Below are positions 47,784 to 57,150 of a DNA stretch of 64,000 bases, piece by piece. The position numbers were made by a program, and so were the translations under genes. The stretch comes from an uncultured Bacteroidaceae bacterium (GTDB taxonomy: Bacteria; Bacteroidota; Bacteroidia; Bacteroidales; P3). The notes under the pieces are model-generated. The model did no database searches. It was not told the origin of the DNA and saw nothing but the letters and a program-made list of their open reading frames with translations. Positions within the stretch are counted from its first letter, which is position 1. Every line of letters starts with the position of its first letter. The stretch lies in NCBI GenBank assembly GCA_964639765.1, contig CAZXEN010000002.1:33338-97337 (forward strand), given 5' to 3'.

Positions 47784-48410
47784 TTATTGGTGTATTATTT
47801 TTTCTATCCTTATTTCATAGATAAGAGTGGCGGAGGCTTTCACTTTTTCACCGTTTTCATCCAAATAAAAAGCCAAATTATCTGGTACTATGACACGGGC
47901 AACAGAATTAAGGCTCAGATTCCTTACAGCATACAATAAACCATAGACAACTTTGGTATCTCCTCCGACATTAAAAGTCAGAGTATTGGTTTTTTTTGTC
48001 TGTTTATTGTTTTTGAAAGTCCTGTTATCTGTATTTAAAGGTTCTGTCTGATGAAAATCTTCTGCATCATCACCATTGATATAGCAGGACTTATAAGTCA
48101 AAGTTACAATATCCTTATCCGTTATTCTGAGACCTGTTCCTTTTTTCACCTCCTGCAGATATATGCCGGATATTTCCTGCATATCCCATCCTCTTCTTTG
48201 AATAAAGGACTGTATTCTCTGTTTTTCCTTGTCTGATATTATCTTATTGGCAGAAGTAATACTGTTGTCAATCTTTTTATTATACTCATCTGCCACATTT
48301 TGCATAGGATTTCTGCCTACTGCATAATCTTCATTGCCGGTATTTTTACTGCAAGAGTAAAACAATAGGACCATTACAATGGACAACAAATACAACAATC
48401 TCCCAATCAT
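47784..48410 (-). CDS. FKBP-like peptidyl-prolyl isomerase-fold lipoprotein (degenerate)
   Basis: 208-aa ORF with signal peptide/lipobox FYSC. FKBP-like segments include KKGTGLRITDKDIVTLTYK, LTFNVGGDTKVVYGL and ATLIYEIRIEKI. It overlaps the nrnA stop by 4 nt. Confidence 0.45.
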   Translation of the reverse strand: MIGRLLYLLSIVMVLLFYSCSKNTGNEDYAVGRNPMQNVADEYNKKIDNSITSANKIISDKEKQRIQSFIQRRGWDMQEISGIYLQEVKKGTGLRITDKDIVTLTYKSCYINGDDAEDFHQTEPLNTDNRTFKNNKQTKKTNTLTFNVGGDTKVVYGLLYAVRNLSLNSVARVIVPDNLAFYLDENGEKVKASATLIYEIRIEKIIHQ

Positions 48411-49444
48411 AGTTTTCCAATCTGTTTTTTTGTAATAAAATCCATATTATATATCTGTCTGATAAGAGTTTTCACCACCTTGTCAAGCGGTTCATAACTT
48501 TTGCCGCCTGCAGCCATGACATGACCTCCTCCATTCCAATACTTGCGGGCAAATACATCAACATCAAGTGAATCATCCTTACTTCTGAAAGACATTCTTA
48601 TCTTGTCTTCTCTCTCTGTAAGCAAAGCACAAAAATCCACTTCCTCCAATTTTAGACAATAGTTGACCACTCCTTCCAAATCACCAGGTTGGTAATTAAA
48701 ATCCTTCAATTCCTTTTTGGACAAGTATATAAATGCTGCCCTTTGCTTAAAGAACACTCTCATTTTTTTGGATATGGCATAGCCCAAAAGTTTCATTCTG
48801 TCATAGGAATAGGTATTAAAAATCTTCTGGTGAAGCTTGGAAGCCTGAATACCGCTTTTAAGCAGATGGTAAAGAACAGAATATACTTCTGGATCATCAC
48901 TTGAATAAGCAACAGAACCTGTATCGGTAATAACTCCCAGATACAACGCTGTGGATATTTCCTTTGAGAATACTTTTTGTTGAGTCAGTCTCACCAAAAG
49001 ATTATAAACCACCTCACAAGAAGAAGAACTGACAGGATAAGAAAAACTTATATCAAACTCATCCGGCTTTACGTGGTGGTCTATCAAAACCTTTCTGCAT
49101 GCAAGAGTATTCAGTACATTCTCCAATGCTGTTCCGCTGCGTGAATTGTTGTTCATATCCAGCACAAGCAACAGTTGTGTATCCAAAAGTATCTTTTTAG
49201 CTTCCTTGAAATTATGTTCCGCTTCAATATAATCCACATTTTCAAGAACAAAACCAATGCTTTTCGGTATGGGATTAGGTATGATAAACATTACATTCTT
49301 ACCTATGCTTTTTAGATAGTGATACATGGCAGAACCGCTTCCTACAGCATCTCCGTCAGGATTATAATGAGTAACAATAGTAATATTTTCAACCTCATTT
49401 ATCAGGTCTTTGAGTTTTTGAATATCTTGTTTTTTGAATCGCAT
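48407..49444 (-). CDS. nrnA: DHH family phosphoesterase (NrnA-like oligoribonuclease/pAp phosphatase)
   Basis: 345-aa ORF with the motifs HYNPDGDAVGS, LIDHH and GGGHVMAAG (DHHA1). Confidence 0.8.
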   Translation of the reverse strand: MRFKKQDIQKLKDLINEVENITIVTHYNPDGDAVGSGSAMYHYLKSIGKNVMFIIPNPIPKSIGFVLENVDYIEAEHNFKEAKKILLDTQLLLVLDMNNNSRSGTALENVLNTLACRKVLIDHHVKPDEFDISFSYPVSSSSCEVVYNLLVRLTQQKVFSKEISTALYLGVITDTGSVAYSSDDPEVYSVLYHLLKSGIQASKLHQKIFNTYSYDRMKLLGYAISKKMRVFFKQRAAFIYLSKKELKDFNYQPGDLEGVVNYCLKLEEVDFCALLTEREDKIRMSFRSKDDSLDVDVFARKYWNGGGHVMAAGGKSYEPLDKVVKTLIRQIYNMDFITKKQIGKL

Positions 49445-49466
49445 AAACCAAGTATTATTTTTTTTG

Positions 49467-49474
49467 CAAAAATA
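49467..49474 (-). promoter_or_regulatory. -7 box TATTTTTG for nrnA (inside the inverted copy of the 31-bp repeat)
   Basis: Exact TAnnTTTG match on the minus strand, 22 nt upstream of the start at 49444. Confidence 0.5.
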
Positions 49475-49553
49475 TATAATTTTTTACACTTTTTATGCAC
49501 TTGTAAATAAAATATACTAACTTCGCACCTCAAATCATAACAATCAAACATAA

Positions 49554-52394
49554 ATGAAAAGAGTTCTAATAAGCATTTTTTTACTTGCATTGTCGCTTAA
49601 CATTATGGCTCAACAGGCTATAATAAGCAAACAGAAAGGCAGAACAAAATATGTCAGACACCAGGTTGAAAATATGACCCTGAAAGAAATGGTCGGTCAA
49701 ATGATCATGATAGATTCATATGCTTTGGCAGACAGCAACTACTACAAAAATGTCTTGTATCAGATAGACAGCAACAATGTAGGCGGCGTATGTTTCTTCA
49801 AAGGCACACAAAAAGACCTGCTGAAACTGAACAGACTCTATGATGAACATGCAAAGATACCTCTTTTTGTTGCTATTGACGGAGAATGGGGTCTGAATAT
49901 GAGACTGACAGACATAGAGACGTTTCCTGTGGCTCTTTCTTTGGGAGCCCTGCCAAAAAACAAATATCATCTGGTAAGGGATATGGCCGAGGTGATAGCA
50001 GAACAATGCAATTCACTTGGCATACACATCAACTTTGCTCCTGTAGTGGATATCAATGTCAGAGCGGACAATGCCGTAATAAACATGCGTTCGTTCGGTC
50101 AGGACAAATACAAAATAAGCCTGTTGGCAAGAGAATACGTCAAAGGTCTGCAGGAAAACGGAGTAATGGCTGTTGTAAAACATTTCCCGGGACATGGAGA
50201 CACAGAGGTTGATTCCCATAAAGCAACACCTCAGATAACACACTCCAAAACCTTTATAGACAGTATAGACACCTATCCTTTCAGATACAATATTGACAAA
50301 GGAGCCTGGGGTGTCATGGCAGGGCATCTTCAGGTTAATGCCCTAAGTCCTGATTCCCTAAAACCAGCTTCAATAAACAAGGATATCATAGACAGTTACT
50401 TGGTAAAGAAGCTTAACTTCAACGGACTGGTTTTCACTGATGCCATGAACATGAAAGGACTTACAAACCTGTATGGTGAAGGTGAAGCGGAAGTATTGGC
50501 AGTATTGGCGGGAGTAGATATCATCCTTATGCCGGAAAACACAGACAAAGCCATACAAGCTATATTGAAGGCAGTGGAAGACGGCCGTATTTCAAAGGAA
50601 CTGATAAAGAAAAAATGTGAAAAGATACTTGAATGGAAGTATGATATGGGTCTTTACAAAAAACGCGGCAAGTATTCCATGCCGGATGCCCATACTGTTG
50701 CCAAAACAAAAAGAATAAATACCCAGATAGCAGAAAACGTACTTACATTTATAGGCAAAAAACAAGAAAAACTTATACCTGAGAACATTACTTCAAAGGA
50801 CAGCATTACTATGATTGTCATCGGTGGTGCAAACTATGATTCCCTTATAGACAACCTTAAACCATATAACGTAAAACCTGTATACATATCCTCAAAAATG
50901 AAACATAAGGATATAGACAGCATAGTTTCCGGCATAGACTCCAACATAAGTGTCCTTACTGCTTTCGGCGGAGCAAGATTTTCCTCTTCTAAAGCTCATT
51001 ACGGCATAGCAGACAACACCATATACAGCCTCAAGACAATAGAAAAACGCTTCAAGGACAACAATCTTGTGCTTATGTTTGCAAATCCCTACGTCTTCAA
51101 GATGATAGACTCTTCATACGCATGCAGAGGCTTCGTCGTAGCATACGAGAACAATGCATACACACAGCGTGCCATGGCCCGTCTTCTGAAAGGAGAGATA
51201 AACGCCAATGGAAGTCTGCCTGTAAGTGTCAAAAGAGGCTCCATGAGTGATATGGAAGAAGATGAAATATCCGACGAAGACAAATTCTACATGGATAACA
51301 ATATAAGCATCTCTGTTGTTCATCAAATTGATTCCATAGCCTTGAAGGGCATAAAGGAAAAAGCCTATCCGGGTTGTCAGATACTAATAGCAAAGGACGG
51401 AAAGATAGTGTATAACAAAAATTTCGGCTACTACACCTATGACAACAAAAAGGAAGTATCCTACAACACCATGTATGACATTGCATCGCTTACCAAAGTG
51501 ATGGCTACTACGCTTGCTGTGATGAAACTGTATGAACAAAACATGATAAACCTTGATGCTGCAGTATCCACTTATATTCCGGAGCTGAAAAAACTTGAGG
51601 CCGGCGAATTGACTATAAGAGAACTGCTTTCACACTACACTACCCTGCCAGCCACATATCCGTTCCAGCGCAAGAAAATAAAGCCCAACAATGTGCATGC
51701 AGGCATACTAAAAGAATTCAAGAATGTACCTGTCAAGCCTAAAAAATATGTTTATTCGGACCTTAACTTCCTGTTGCTGCAATATGCTGTGGAGAACATA
51801 GTAAAAGAAGATCTGGACAAATATCTTCAAAGGGAATTCTACACACCGCTGAAACTTCAGAACACTACATTCAATCCTCTGTTGAACGGTGTATCCACTG
51901 ACAACATTGCTCCAACTGAAAATGACACTGTTTACAGACATGAACTGATATGTGGAACAGTTCATGACCCGTTAGCTTATCTCAACAACGGAGTATGTGG
52001 CAATGCAGGTTTGTTCAGTACAGCGACAGACTTGTTTGCCATCACTCAGATGTTGCTTAACAAGGGTACTTACGATGGACACAAATACCTAAAAAGCTCT
52101 ACCGTGGATGCCTTTAACCGCAGATACTATTCTGACAAAGGAATACGCAGAGCCTTGGGATTTGACAAACCGCTCATCAACAGCAAATCTGAACACTGTT
52201 CCAGATATGCTTCCCAGAGCAGTTATGGTCATAGCGGATTTACAGGCACTTATCTTTGGATAGACCCTCAAAACAACACCATAGTTATTTTTCTTTCAAA
52301 CCGCGTTTATCCAACTGCCACTCCAAACAAGCTGGCTCAGATGAATATTCGTACGGATATAAACGACCTTGTCTATAAAATGTTTGTAAAATAA
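49554..52394 (+). CDS. Fusion of a GH3 beta-N-acetylhexosaminidase (NagZ-like) and a class C beta-lactamase-fold serine hydrolase
   Basis: 946-aa ORF with a signal peptide. The GH3 N-domain has KHFPGHGDT. The C-terminal half has SxxK (ASLTK), YSD and HSG motifs of the AmpC/PBP4*-like fold. Confidence 0.85.
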   Translation: MKRVLISIFLLALSLNIMAQQAIISKQKGRTKYVRHQVENMTLKEMVGQMIMIDSYALADSNYYKNVLYQIDSNNVGGVCFFKGTQKDLLKLNRLYDEHAKIPLFVAIDGEWGLNMRLTDIETFPVALSLGALPKNKYHLVRDMAEVIAEQCNSLGIHINFAPVVDINVRADNAVINMRSFGQDKYKISLLAREYVKGLQENGVMAVVKHFPGHGDTEVDSHKATPQITHSKTFIDSIDTYPFRYNIDKGAWGVMAGHLQVNALSPDSLKPASINKDIIDSYLVKKLNFNGLVFTDAMNMKGLTNLYGEGEAEVLAVLAGVDIILMPENTDKAIQAILKAVEDGRISKELIKKKCEKILEWKYDMGLYKKRGKYSMPDAHTVAKTKRINTQIAENVLTFIGKKQEKLIPENITSKDSITMIVIGGANYDSLIDNLKPYNVKPVYISSKMKHKDIDSIVSGIDSNISVLTAFGGARFSSSKAHYGIADNTIYSLKTIEKRFKDNNLVLMFANPYVFKMIDSSYACRGFVVAYENNAYTQRAMARLLKGEINANGSLPVSVKRGSMSDMEEDEISDEDKFYMDNNISISVVHQIDSIALKGIKEKAYPGCQILIAKDGKIVYNKNFGYYTYDNKKEVSYNTMYDIASLTKVMATTLAVMKLYEQNMINLDAAVSTYIPELKKLEAGELTIRELLSHYTTLPATYPFQRKKIKPNNVHAGILKEFKNVPVKPKKYVYSDLNFLLLQYAVENIVKEDLDKYLQREFYTPLKLQNTTFNPLLNGVSTDNIAPTENDTVYRHELICGTVHDPLAYLNNGVCGNAGLFSTATDLFAITQMLLNKGTYDGHKYLKSSTVDAFNRRYYSDKGIRRALGFDKPLINSKSEHCSRYASQSSYGHSGFTGTYLWIDPQNNTIVIFLSNRVYPTATPNKLAQMNIRTDINDLVYKMFVK

Positions 52395-52534
52395 AAAGTA
52401 TTTTTGCTTTCAAGAGTTTATTTTCAGGATAAAAAAAAGCTATAACCAACTAAAAACAATGATATTAAGTATTTAACCGTAAAATTTTATCAAAAAAAAA
52501 TAAAAAAAAAGCAACATTATAAATAAAAATATCG

Positions 52535-52542
52535 TAATTTTG
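52535..52542 (+). promoter_or_regulatory. -7 box TAATTTTG for the 52576 OMP gene
   Basis: Exact TAnnTTTG match 34 nt upstream of the ATG. Confidence 0.45.
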
Positions 52543-52575
52543 CAGAGTAATATTAACATAAAAAATTAAACTAAG

Positions 52576-53085
52576 ATGAAAAAAGTACTTATGATGGTAG
52601 TTATTGCTACAGCAATGATGTTCGCTGCAAACAATGCAAATGCACAAATCAGCGTTCGCGCAGGATTTTTGAACGACATGTATGGTGGAGACTTGGATGC
52701 AACTGAAGCAGGTTTCTATCTTGGCGCAAGTTACAACATGCAGGCTTTCGGAGACTTCAACGTTGCTCCTGGAGCTTATTTCGCTTACAGCAAAGACAGA
52801 ATGGATTTAAGAGTTCCTGTACTTTTGAACTTCGGACTTAACCTTACCAACGATTTAGGTTTGGTTTTGTTTGCTGGTCCTCAAGTAAATATAGGTCTTG
52901 CTGGTGATATTTATGACAACTACAAACGTTTCGGTCTTGGTATTACTTTTGGAGCAGGATTAACTTATCAGAAAGTAAGCTTTGAAGCAGGTTATTCATT
53001 AGGTTTGCTTAACCAATGGGACGGGGCAGGAGACTTTAGTGCTAAATTCAACCAGTTAACTATTGGTTTAGGTTACAAACTATAA
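52576..53085 (+). CDS. Small outer-membrane beta-barrel protein (8-stranded, OmpW/Opa-like porin family)
   Basis: 169-aa ORF with signal peptide ..ANNANAQ and a Gly/aromatic-rich alternating pattern. Confidence 0.65.
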   Translation: MKKVLMMVVIATAMMFAANNANAQISVRAGFLNDMYGGDLDATEAGFYLGASYNMQAFGDFNVAPGAYFAYSKDRMDLRVPVLLNFGLNLTNDLGLVLFAGPQVNIGLAGDIYDNYKRFGLGITFGAGLTYQKVSFEAGYSLGLLNQWDGAGDFSAKFNQLTIGLGYKL

Positions 53086-53116
53086 TACTAAAGACGATTT
53101 TGTTTTATTCATTTTT

Positions 53117-53150
53117 GAGGGTGGATTCTTTCTGCCCTCTTTTGTTTTTC
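53117..53150 (+). terminator. Rho-independent terminator of the OMP gene
   Basis: A 9-bp stem gagggtgga/tctgccctc (with G-U pairs) and a 5-nt loop, followed by ttttgttttt. Confidence 0.65.
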
Positions 53151-53152
53151 CG

Positions 53153-53255
53153 ATATCTTGATTTCCGTACGCAGAAGATCAAGACTTTTATTCTAAAGAT
53201 CAAGACTTTTATTCTAAAAAACCAAGATTTCAAGTATAAAAACCAGCATTTTTCA
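53153..53255. repeat. A-tract/GATCAAGAC/T-tract units (dispersed repeat family, locus D)
   Basis: The unit agatcaagacttttattctaaa occurs as an exact 21-bp-period tandem duplication (53176-53197, 53197-53218). It is flanked by degenerate units (atcttgattt, aaaaaaccaagattt, aaaaaccagcattttt). Confidence 0.8.
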
Positions 53256-53279
53256 AAAATAAAAAACTACTCAAAAAAA

Positions 53280-53331
53280 GGCGAACGAACGAATGTTTCC
53301 CCTAAAGGGGAAAAGCATTCGTTCGTTCGCC
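53280..53331. repeat. 52-nt near-perfect palindrome (stem about 24 bp) flanked by an A-run and a T-run
   Basis: The sequence is ggcgaacgaacgaatgtttcccct-aa-aggggaaaagcattcgttcgttcgcc. It is much more GC-rich than its surroundings. It is preceded by ctcaaaaaaa and followed by tttcgtttctgttttttttt. Confidence 0.8.
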
Positions 53332-53424
53332 TTTCGTTTCTGTTTTTTTTTGATTGTTTTTCCACACGGATACGACAAGGTAAAAAAAATGTTAAATTTA
53401 TTAGTTTAATTCAAAAAAAAGTAT

Positions 53425-53432
53425 TAATTTTG
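53425..53432 (+). promoter_or_regulatory. -7 box TAATTTTG for lpxC/fabZ
   Basis: Exact TAnnTTTG match only 9 nt upstream of the ATG at 53441, implying a very short leader. Confidence 0.4.
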
Positions 53433-53440
53433 CAATCTAT

Positions 53441-54811
53441 ATGAAACAGAAGACGATAAAAAATACAGTTACCATTGAAGGCAAGGGGCTGCACAGTGGC
53501 TTGTTGGCAAAGGTTGTTTTGAAACCTGCCAAAGAAGACAGCGGCATATACTTCAATGTCGTAAAAGACGGTCAGGAGCATATAATACCTGCCGATGCCA
53601 AGTATGTTGGCCAGACAGCAAGAAACACTACCATAGAAAAAAACGGAGTAAAAGTATCCACCATAGAACACCTTATGGCTACCCTTAGGGCTTTCGAAGT
53701 GGATAACATAGAAATAGAACTGAACTGCGAGGAGATACCTATTCTGGACGGCAGTGCAAGATATTGGGTTGAACTGCTTGAAAAAGCACAGACTATAGAG
53801 CAGGAAAAAGATAAAAAAATATACAAGATTACTGAACCGTTGCACTACATATCAGAGGACGGTATGAGCGAATACTTCGCCTTGCCAAGTGATGAGTTCA
53901 GAGTGGATTGTGCCATAGACTTTCCTTCCGATGTCATAGGTTACCAAGTGGCAGAAATGAGGTCTTTGAAAGATTTCAACAAAGAGTTTTCTGTATGCAG
54001 GACATTTGTATTCCTTAACGAGATAATGCCGTTGGTGGAAAACAACCTTATAAAAGGCGGTGATTTGAGTAACGCCATTATATTCGTGGACAAGATACTG
54101 GAACGTCCTTTGCAAGAAAAGATAGCCAAGTTTTTTAATAAGAATATAGACGAAATAAAGGTTGAAAGAGGCGTTTTGAATAACACTAAACTCAATTTCT
54201 CCAACGAACCTGTAAGACATAAACTGATGGATTTCATTGGTGACATATCTCTTGTAGGCAATGTTGTGGGACATTTTATAATCAAACGCCCGGGACATAC
54301 AAATAATAAGATTTTTGCACAAAAACTAATGAAGAAAATGGAAAACAATATACCTGTATATGATCCAAACAAAGAACCTGTCTTTGACATTATGGATATA
54401 AGAAAGCATCTGCCTCATAGATTTCCTATGCTGTTGGTGGATAAGATAATAGAAAAGGGAGAAGACTATGTTGTGGGTCTGAAGAATGTCACCGGCAATG
54501 AAGATTTCTTTAACGGACATTTCCCGGATGAACCTGTCATGCCAGGAGTTCTTATCGTTGAAGCTTTAGGTCAGACCGGTGGCCTGTTTGTCCTTAAAGA
54601 CGCTAAGGAAGATGAACGCTGGAACACCTATTTCATGAAATTTGAAGAAGTAAAGTTCCGCAACAAGGTAGTGCCAGGGGATACTTTGCTGATGAAAATA
54701 TCCCTTATGGAACCTATAAGAAGGGGTATTGTGAAAATGAAAGGCGAAGCATACGTAGGCAACAAACTGTGTGTGGAGGCAATATTAATGGCAATGGTAA
54801 CAAAAGCTTAA
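53441..54811 (+). CDS. lpxC/fabZ: Bifunctional UDP-3-O-acyl-GlcNAc deacetylase / 3-hydroxyacyl-ACP dehydratase (LpxC-FabZ fusion)
   Basis: 456-aa ORF. The N-terminal LpxC part has TIEGKGLHSG and STIEHLMA. The C-terminal FabZ hot-dog part has LPHRFPMLLVD and GHFPDEPVMPGVLIVEA. This fusion is typical of Bacteroidetes. Confidence 0.95.
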   Translation: MKQKTIKNTVTIEGKGLHSGLLAKVVLKPAKEDSGIYFNVVKDGQEHIIPADAKYVGQTARNTTIEKNGVKVSTIEHLMATLRAFEVDNIEIELNCEEIPILDGSARYWVELLEKAQTIEQEKDKKIYKITEPLHYISEDGMSEYFALPSDEFRVDCAIDFPSDVIGYQVAEMRSLKDFNKEFSVCRTFVFLNEIMPLVENNLIKGGDLSNAIIFVDKILERPLQEKIAKFFNKNIDEIKVERGVLNNTKLNFSNEPVRHKLMDFIGDISLVGNVVGHFIIKRPGHTNNKIFAQKLMKKMENNIPVYDPNKEPVFDIMDIRKHLPHRFPMLLVDKIIEKGEDYVVGLKNVTGNEDFFNGHFPDEPVMPGVLIVEALGQTGGLFVLKDAKEDERWNTYFMKFEEVKFRNKVVPGDTLLMKISLMEPIRRGIVKMKGEAYVGNKLCVEAILMAMVTKA

Positions 54812-54817
54812 TATACT

Positions 54818-55579
54818 ATGAATTACATCAGTGAGAAAGCCAAAATAGGCAAAAACGTCCAGATAGAGCCTTTTGCAGTTATCTACGACGATGTAGAAAT
54901 AGGAGATAACTGTTATATAGGAGCAAATGTGGTTATATTTCCAGGAAGCAGAATTGGAAATAACTGTAGAATATTTCCAGGTGCAAGTATAGGAGCTATA
55001 CCTCAAGACCTTAAATTTGACAACGAATATACTACTTGTGAAATAGGCAACAATAATACAATCAGGGAGTTTGTTACTATCAACCGTGGCACGGCAGCAA
55101 GCGGCAAAACCATTGTAGAAGACAACAATCTTATTATGGCTTACGTCCATATAGCTCATGATTGTGTTGTCGGCAACAATTGTGTTTTGGCCAACAATAC
55201 CACTCTTGCTGGTCATATAACAATAGAAGACTATGTCATAACAGGAGGCATGAGTGCCATACACCAGTTTGTACATATAGGCCAGCATGCCATTCTTGCT
55301 GGAGGTTCATTGGTAGACAAAGACATTCCACCTTATGTGAAAGTAGGCAAGTTTCCTGTTTCCTATTGCGGTATAAACTCTGTTGGTCTTCATCGCAGAG
55401 GCTTTACTCAGGAAGATATAAACGAAATACAGGCTATATACAAGATAGTATTTCAAAGTGGCTTGATGTACAGTCAGGCTTTGGAAGAAGTGAAGGCTAT
55501 GAAACAAACCAAATATACAAATATCATAGCTACATTCATAGAAAAAGCTGACAGAGGCTTGATAAAAGGACACAGTTAA
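54818..55579 (+). CDS. lpxA: Acyl-ACP--UDP-N-acetylglucosamine O-acyltransferase
   Basis: 253-aa ORF with left-handed beta-helix hexapeptide repeats. It lies directly after lpxC/fabZ. Confidence 0.9.
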   Translation: MNYISEKAKIGKNVQIEPFAVIYDDVEIGDNCYIGANVVIFPGSRIGNNCRIFPGASIGAIPQDLKFDNEYTTCEIGNNNTIREFVTINRGTAASGKTIVEDNNLIMAYVHIAHDCVVGNNCVLANNTTLAGHITIEDYVITGGMSAIHQFVHIGQHAILAGGSLVDKDIPPYVKVGKFPVSYCGINSVGLHRRGFTQEDINEIQAIYKIVFQSGLMYSQALEEVKAMKQTKYTNIIATFIEKADRGLIKGHS

Positions 55580-55606
55580 TAGTTATAACAATAAAAATAT
55601 ATAAAA

Positions 55607-56350
55607 ATGAAGAGATTAGAAGGAAAAGTAGCCGTTATAACAGGCGGTACAAGCGGTATTGGCAAAGCAACTGCCATATGTTTTGCTCAAGAAGGTGCAG
55701 ATGTAATAGTATGGGCAAGAAATCCTCAAAAAGGTGAAGCTTTTGTAGAAGAAGCAAAGAAGATGGGTTACACTCTTACTTTTATGCCTGTGGATGTAAG
55801 TAATTTTGCCAACGTTGAACAAGCTGCAAACAAAGTAAAAGAACTTAAAGGCGGTTGTGATATACTTATCAATGACGCTGGTATTACCAACGACTCTACC
55901 TTAAAGAAGATGACTCCTGAAATATGGCAGAGCGTTATAGACATCAACCTTACAGGTACTTTCAACTGCGTTAAATGTATCTCTCCTATGATGTTGAAAA
56001 AAGGCTGGGGAAGAATAGTTAATGTATCTTCTGTTGTAGGTCTTTATGGTAATTTTGGTCAGACTAACTACGTAGCAACAAAAGCCGGCATAATAGGTAT
56101 GACTAAAACATTAGGAAGAGAACTTGGAAGAAAAGGTGTTACAGTAAATGCTGTAGCTCCTGGATTTATTGCTACTGATATGGTTGCTAAAATGCCTCAG
56201 GAAGTATTGGACGGAATGATTGCTAAAGTTCCTGTAGGTCGTTTAGGTACTCCTGAAGACATTGCAGCAATGTTTGTATTCTTGGCAAGTGAAGAAAGTG
56301 CTTATGTAAATGGTGCTACATTCTCTGTTGATGGAGGTATGACAGTTTAA
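55607..56350 (+). CDS. fabG: 3-oxoacyl-ACP reductase (SDR)
   Basis: 247-aa ORF with TGGTSGIG, NDAG and YVATKAG (YxxxK) motifs. Confidence 0.85.
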   Translation: MKRLEGKVAVITGGTSGIGKATAICFAQEGADVIVWARNPQKGEAFVEEAKKMGYTLTFMPVDVSNFANVEQAANKVKELKGGCDILINDAGITNDSTLKKMTPEIWQSVIDINLTGTFNCVKCISPMMLKKGWGRIVNVSSVVGLYGNFGQTNYVATKAGIIGMTKTLGRELGRKGVTVNAVAPGFIATDMVAKMPQEVLDGMIAKVPVGRLGTPEDIAAMFVFLASEESAYVNGATFSVDGGMTV

Positions 56351-56370
56351 AAAAAACTTTTTACTATTTC

Positions 56371-56402
56371 AAGCCTATGGTTGCAAGACCATGGGCTTTT
56401 TT
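56371..56402 (+). terminator. Rho-independent terminator after fabG
   Basis: Stem aagcctatggt/accatgggctt (one mismatch) with a 6-nt loop, followed by a T-run. Confidence 0.6.
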
Positions 56403-56418
56403 CTTTTTTGTCAGCAAT

Positions 56419-57084
56419 CTATTTGTTTTTACGTCTTTCTGTACGTTCCAAAGACTGATTGTAACGCCATTCTTCTATTCTTGCCTCATGACCAGAAAGA
56501 AGCACATCAGGAACTTTCCAGCCTTTGTATTCAGCAGGACGTGTATATACCGGCGGAGCAATCAAACCATCTTGAAAAGAATCAGTCAACGCACTCTGTT
56601 CATCGTTCAATACTCCGGGGATAAGCCTTACCACACTGTCTGCTATAACTCCTGCGGCCAGTTCACCTCCACTTAACACATATTCTCCTATACTGATTTC
56701 ACGAGTTACCAAATGTTGTCTGACACGTTCATCAACTCCTTTGTAATGACCACAAAGAATACATATATTTTCTTTCAGGGACAGTTCGTTTGCCAAATCC
56801 TGTGTAAGCATTTCTCCATCTGGTGCAGTATATATTATTTCATCAAAATGAGTAGTCTTCTGAAGTTCTGAAAGACAGTTGTCCACAGGTTCAACCTGTA
56901 TAACCATGCCGGCTCCTCCTCCAAAAGCATAATCATCCACTCTCTTGTGCTTATCTTTTGAGTAATCCCTAAGATTATGAAGATTAAGACGTAACAAGCC
57001 TTTATTAATGGCTCGCTTTATTATAGATTCATCAAAGAATCCGCTGAGCATATTGGGAAATAAAGTAATAATATCTATCTGCAT
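56419..57084 (-). CDS. trmD: tRNA (guanine37-N1)-methyltransferase
   Basis: 221-aa ORF with [20 protein letters not shown] and [10 protein letters not shown] blocks. Confidence 0.95.
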   Translation of the reverse strand: MQIDIITLFPNMLSGFFDESIIKRAINKGLLRLNLHNLRDYSKDKHKRVDDYAFGGGAGMVIQVEPVDNCLSELQKTTHFDEIIYTAPDGEMLTQDLANELSLKENICILCGHYKGVDERVRQHLVTREISIGEYVLSGGELAAGVIADSVVRLIPGVLNDEQSALTDSFQDGLIAPPVYTRPAEYKGWKVPDVLLSGHEARIEEWRYNQSLERTERRKNK

Positions 57085-57150
57085 AAAAACTTCATACGTT
57101 TTTTTTCAAAAAAAGTTACCTAATATAAAGCATAATGTCCAAAAATATTG

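Noticed and set aside
53100-53444. 114-aa plus-strand ORF containing KIKTFILKIKTFILK
   Set aside because: It is a translation artefact of repeat locus D plus the large palindrome. It spans a terminator and runs into the lpxC/fabZ promoter.
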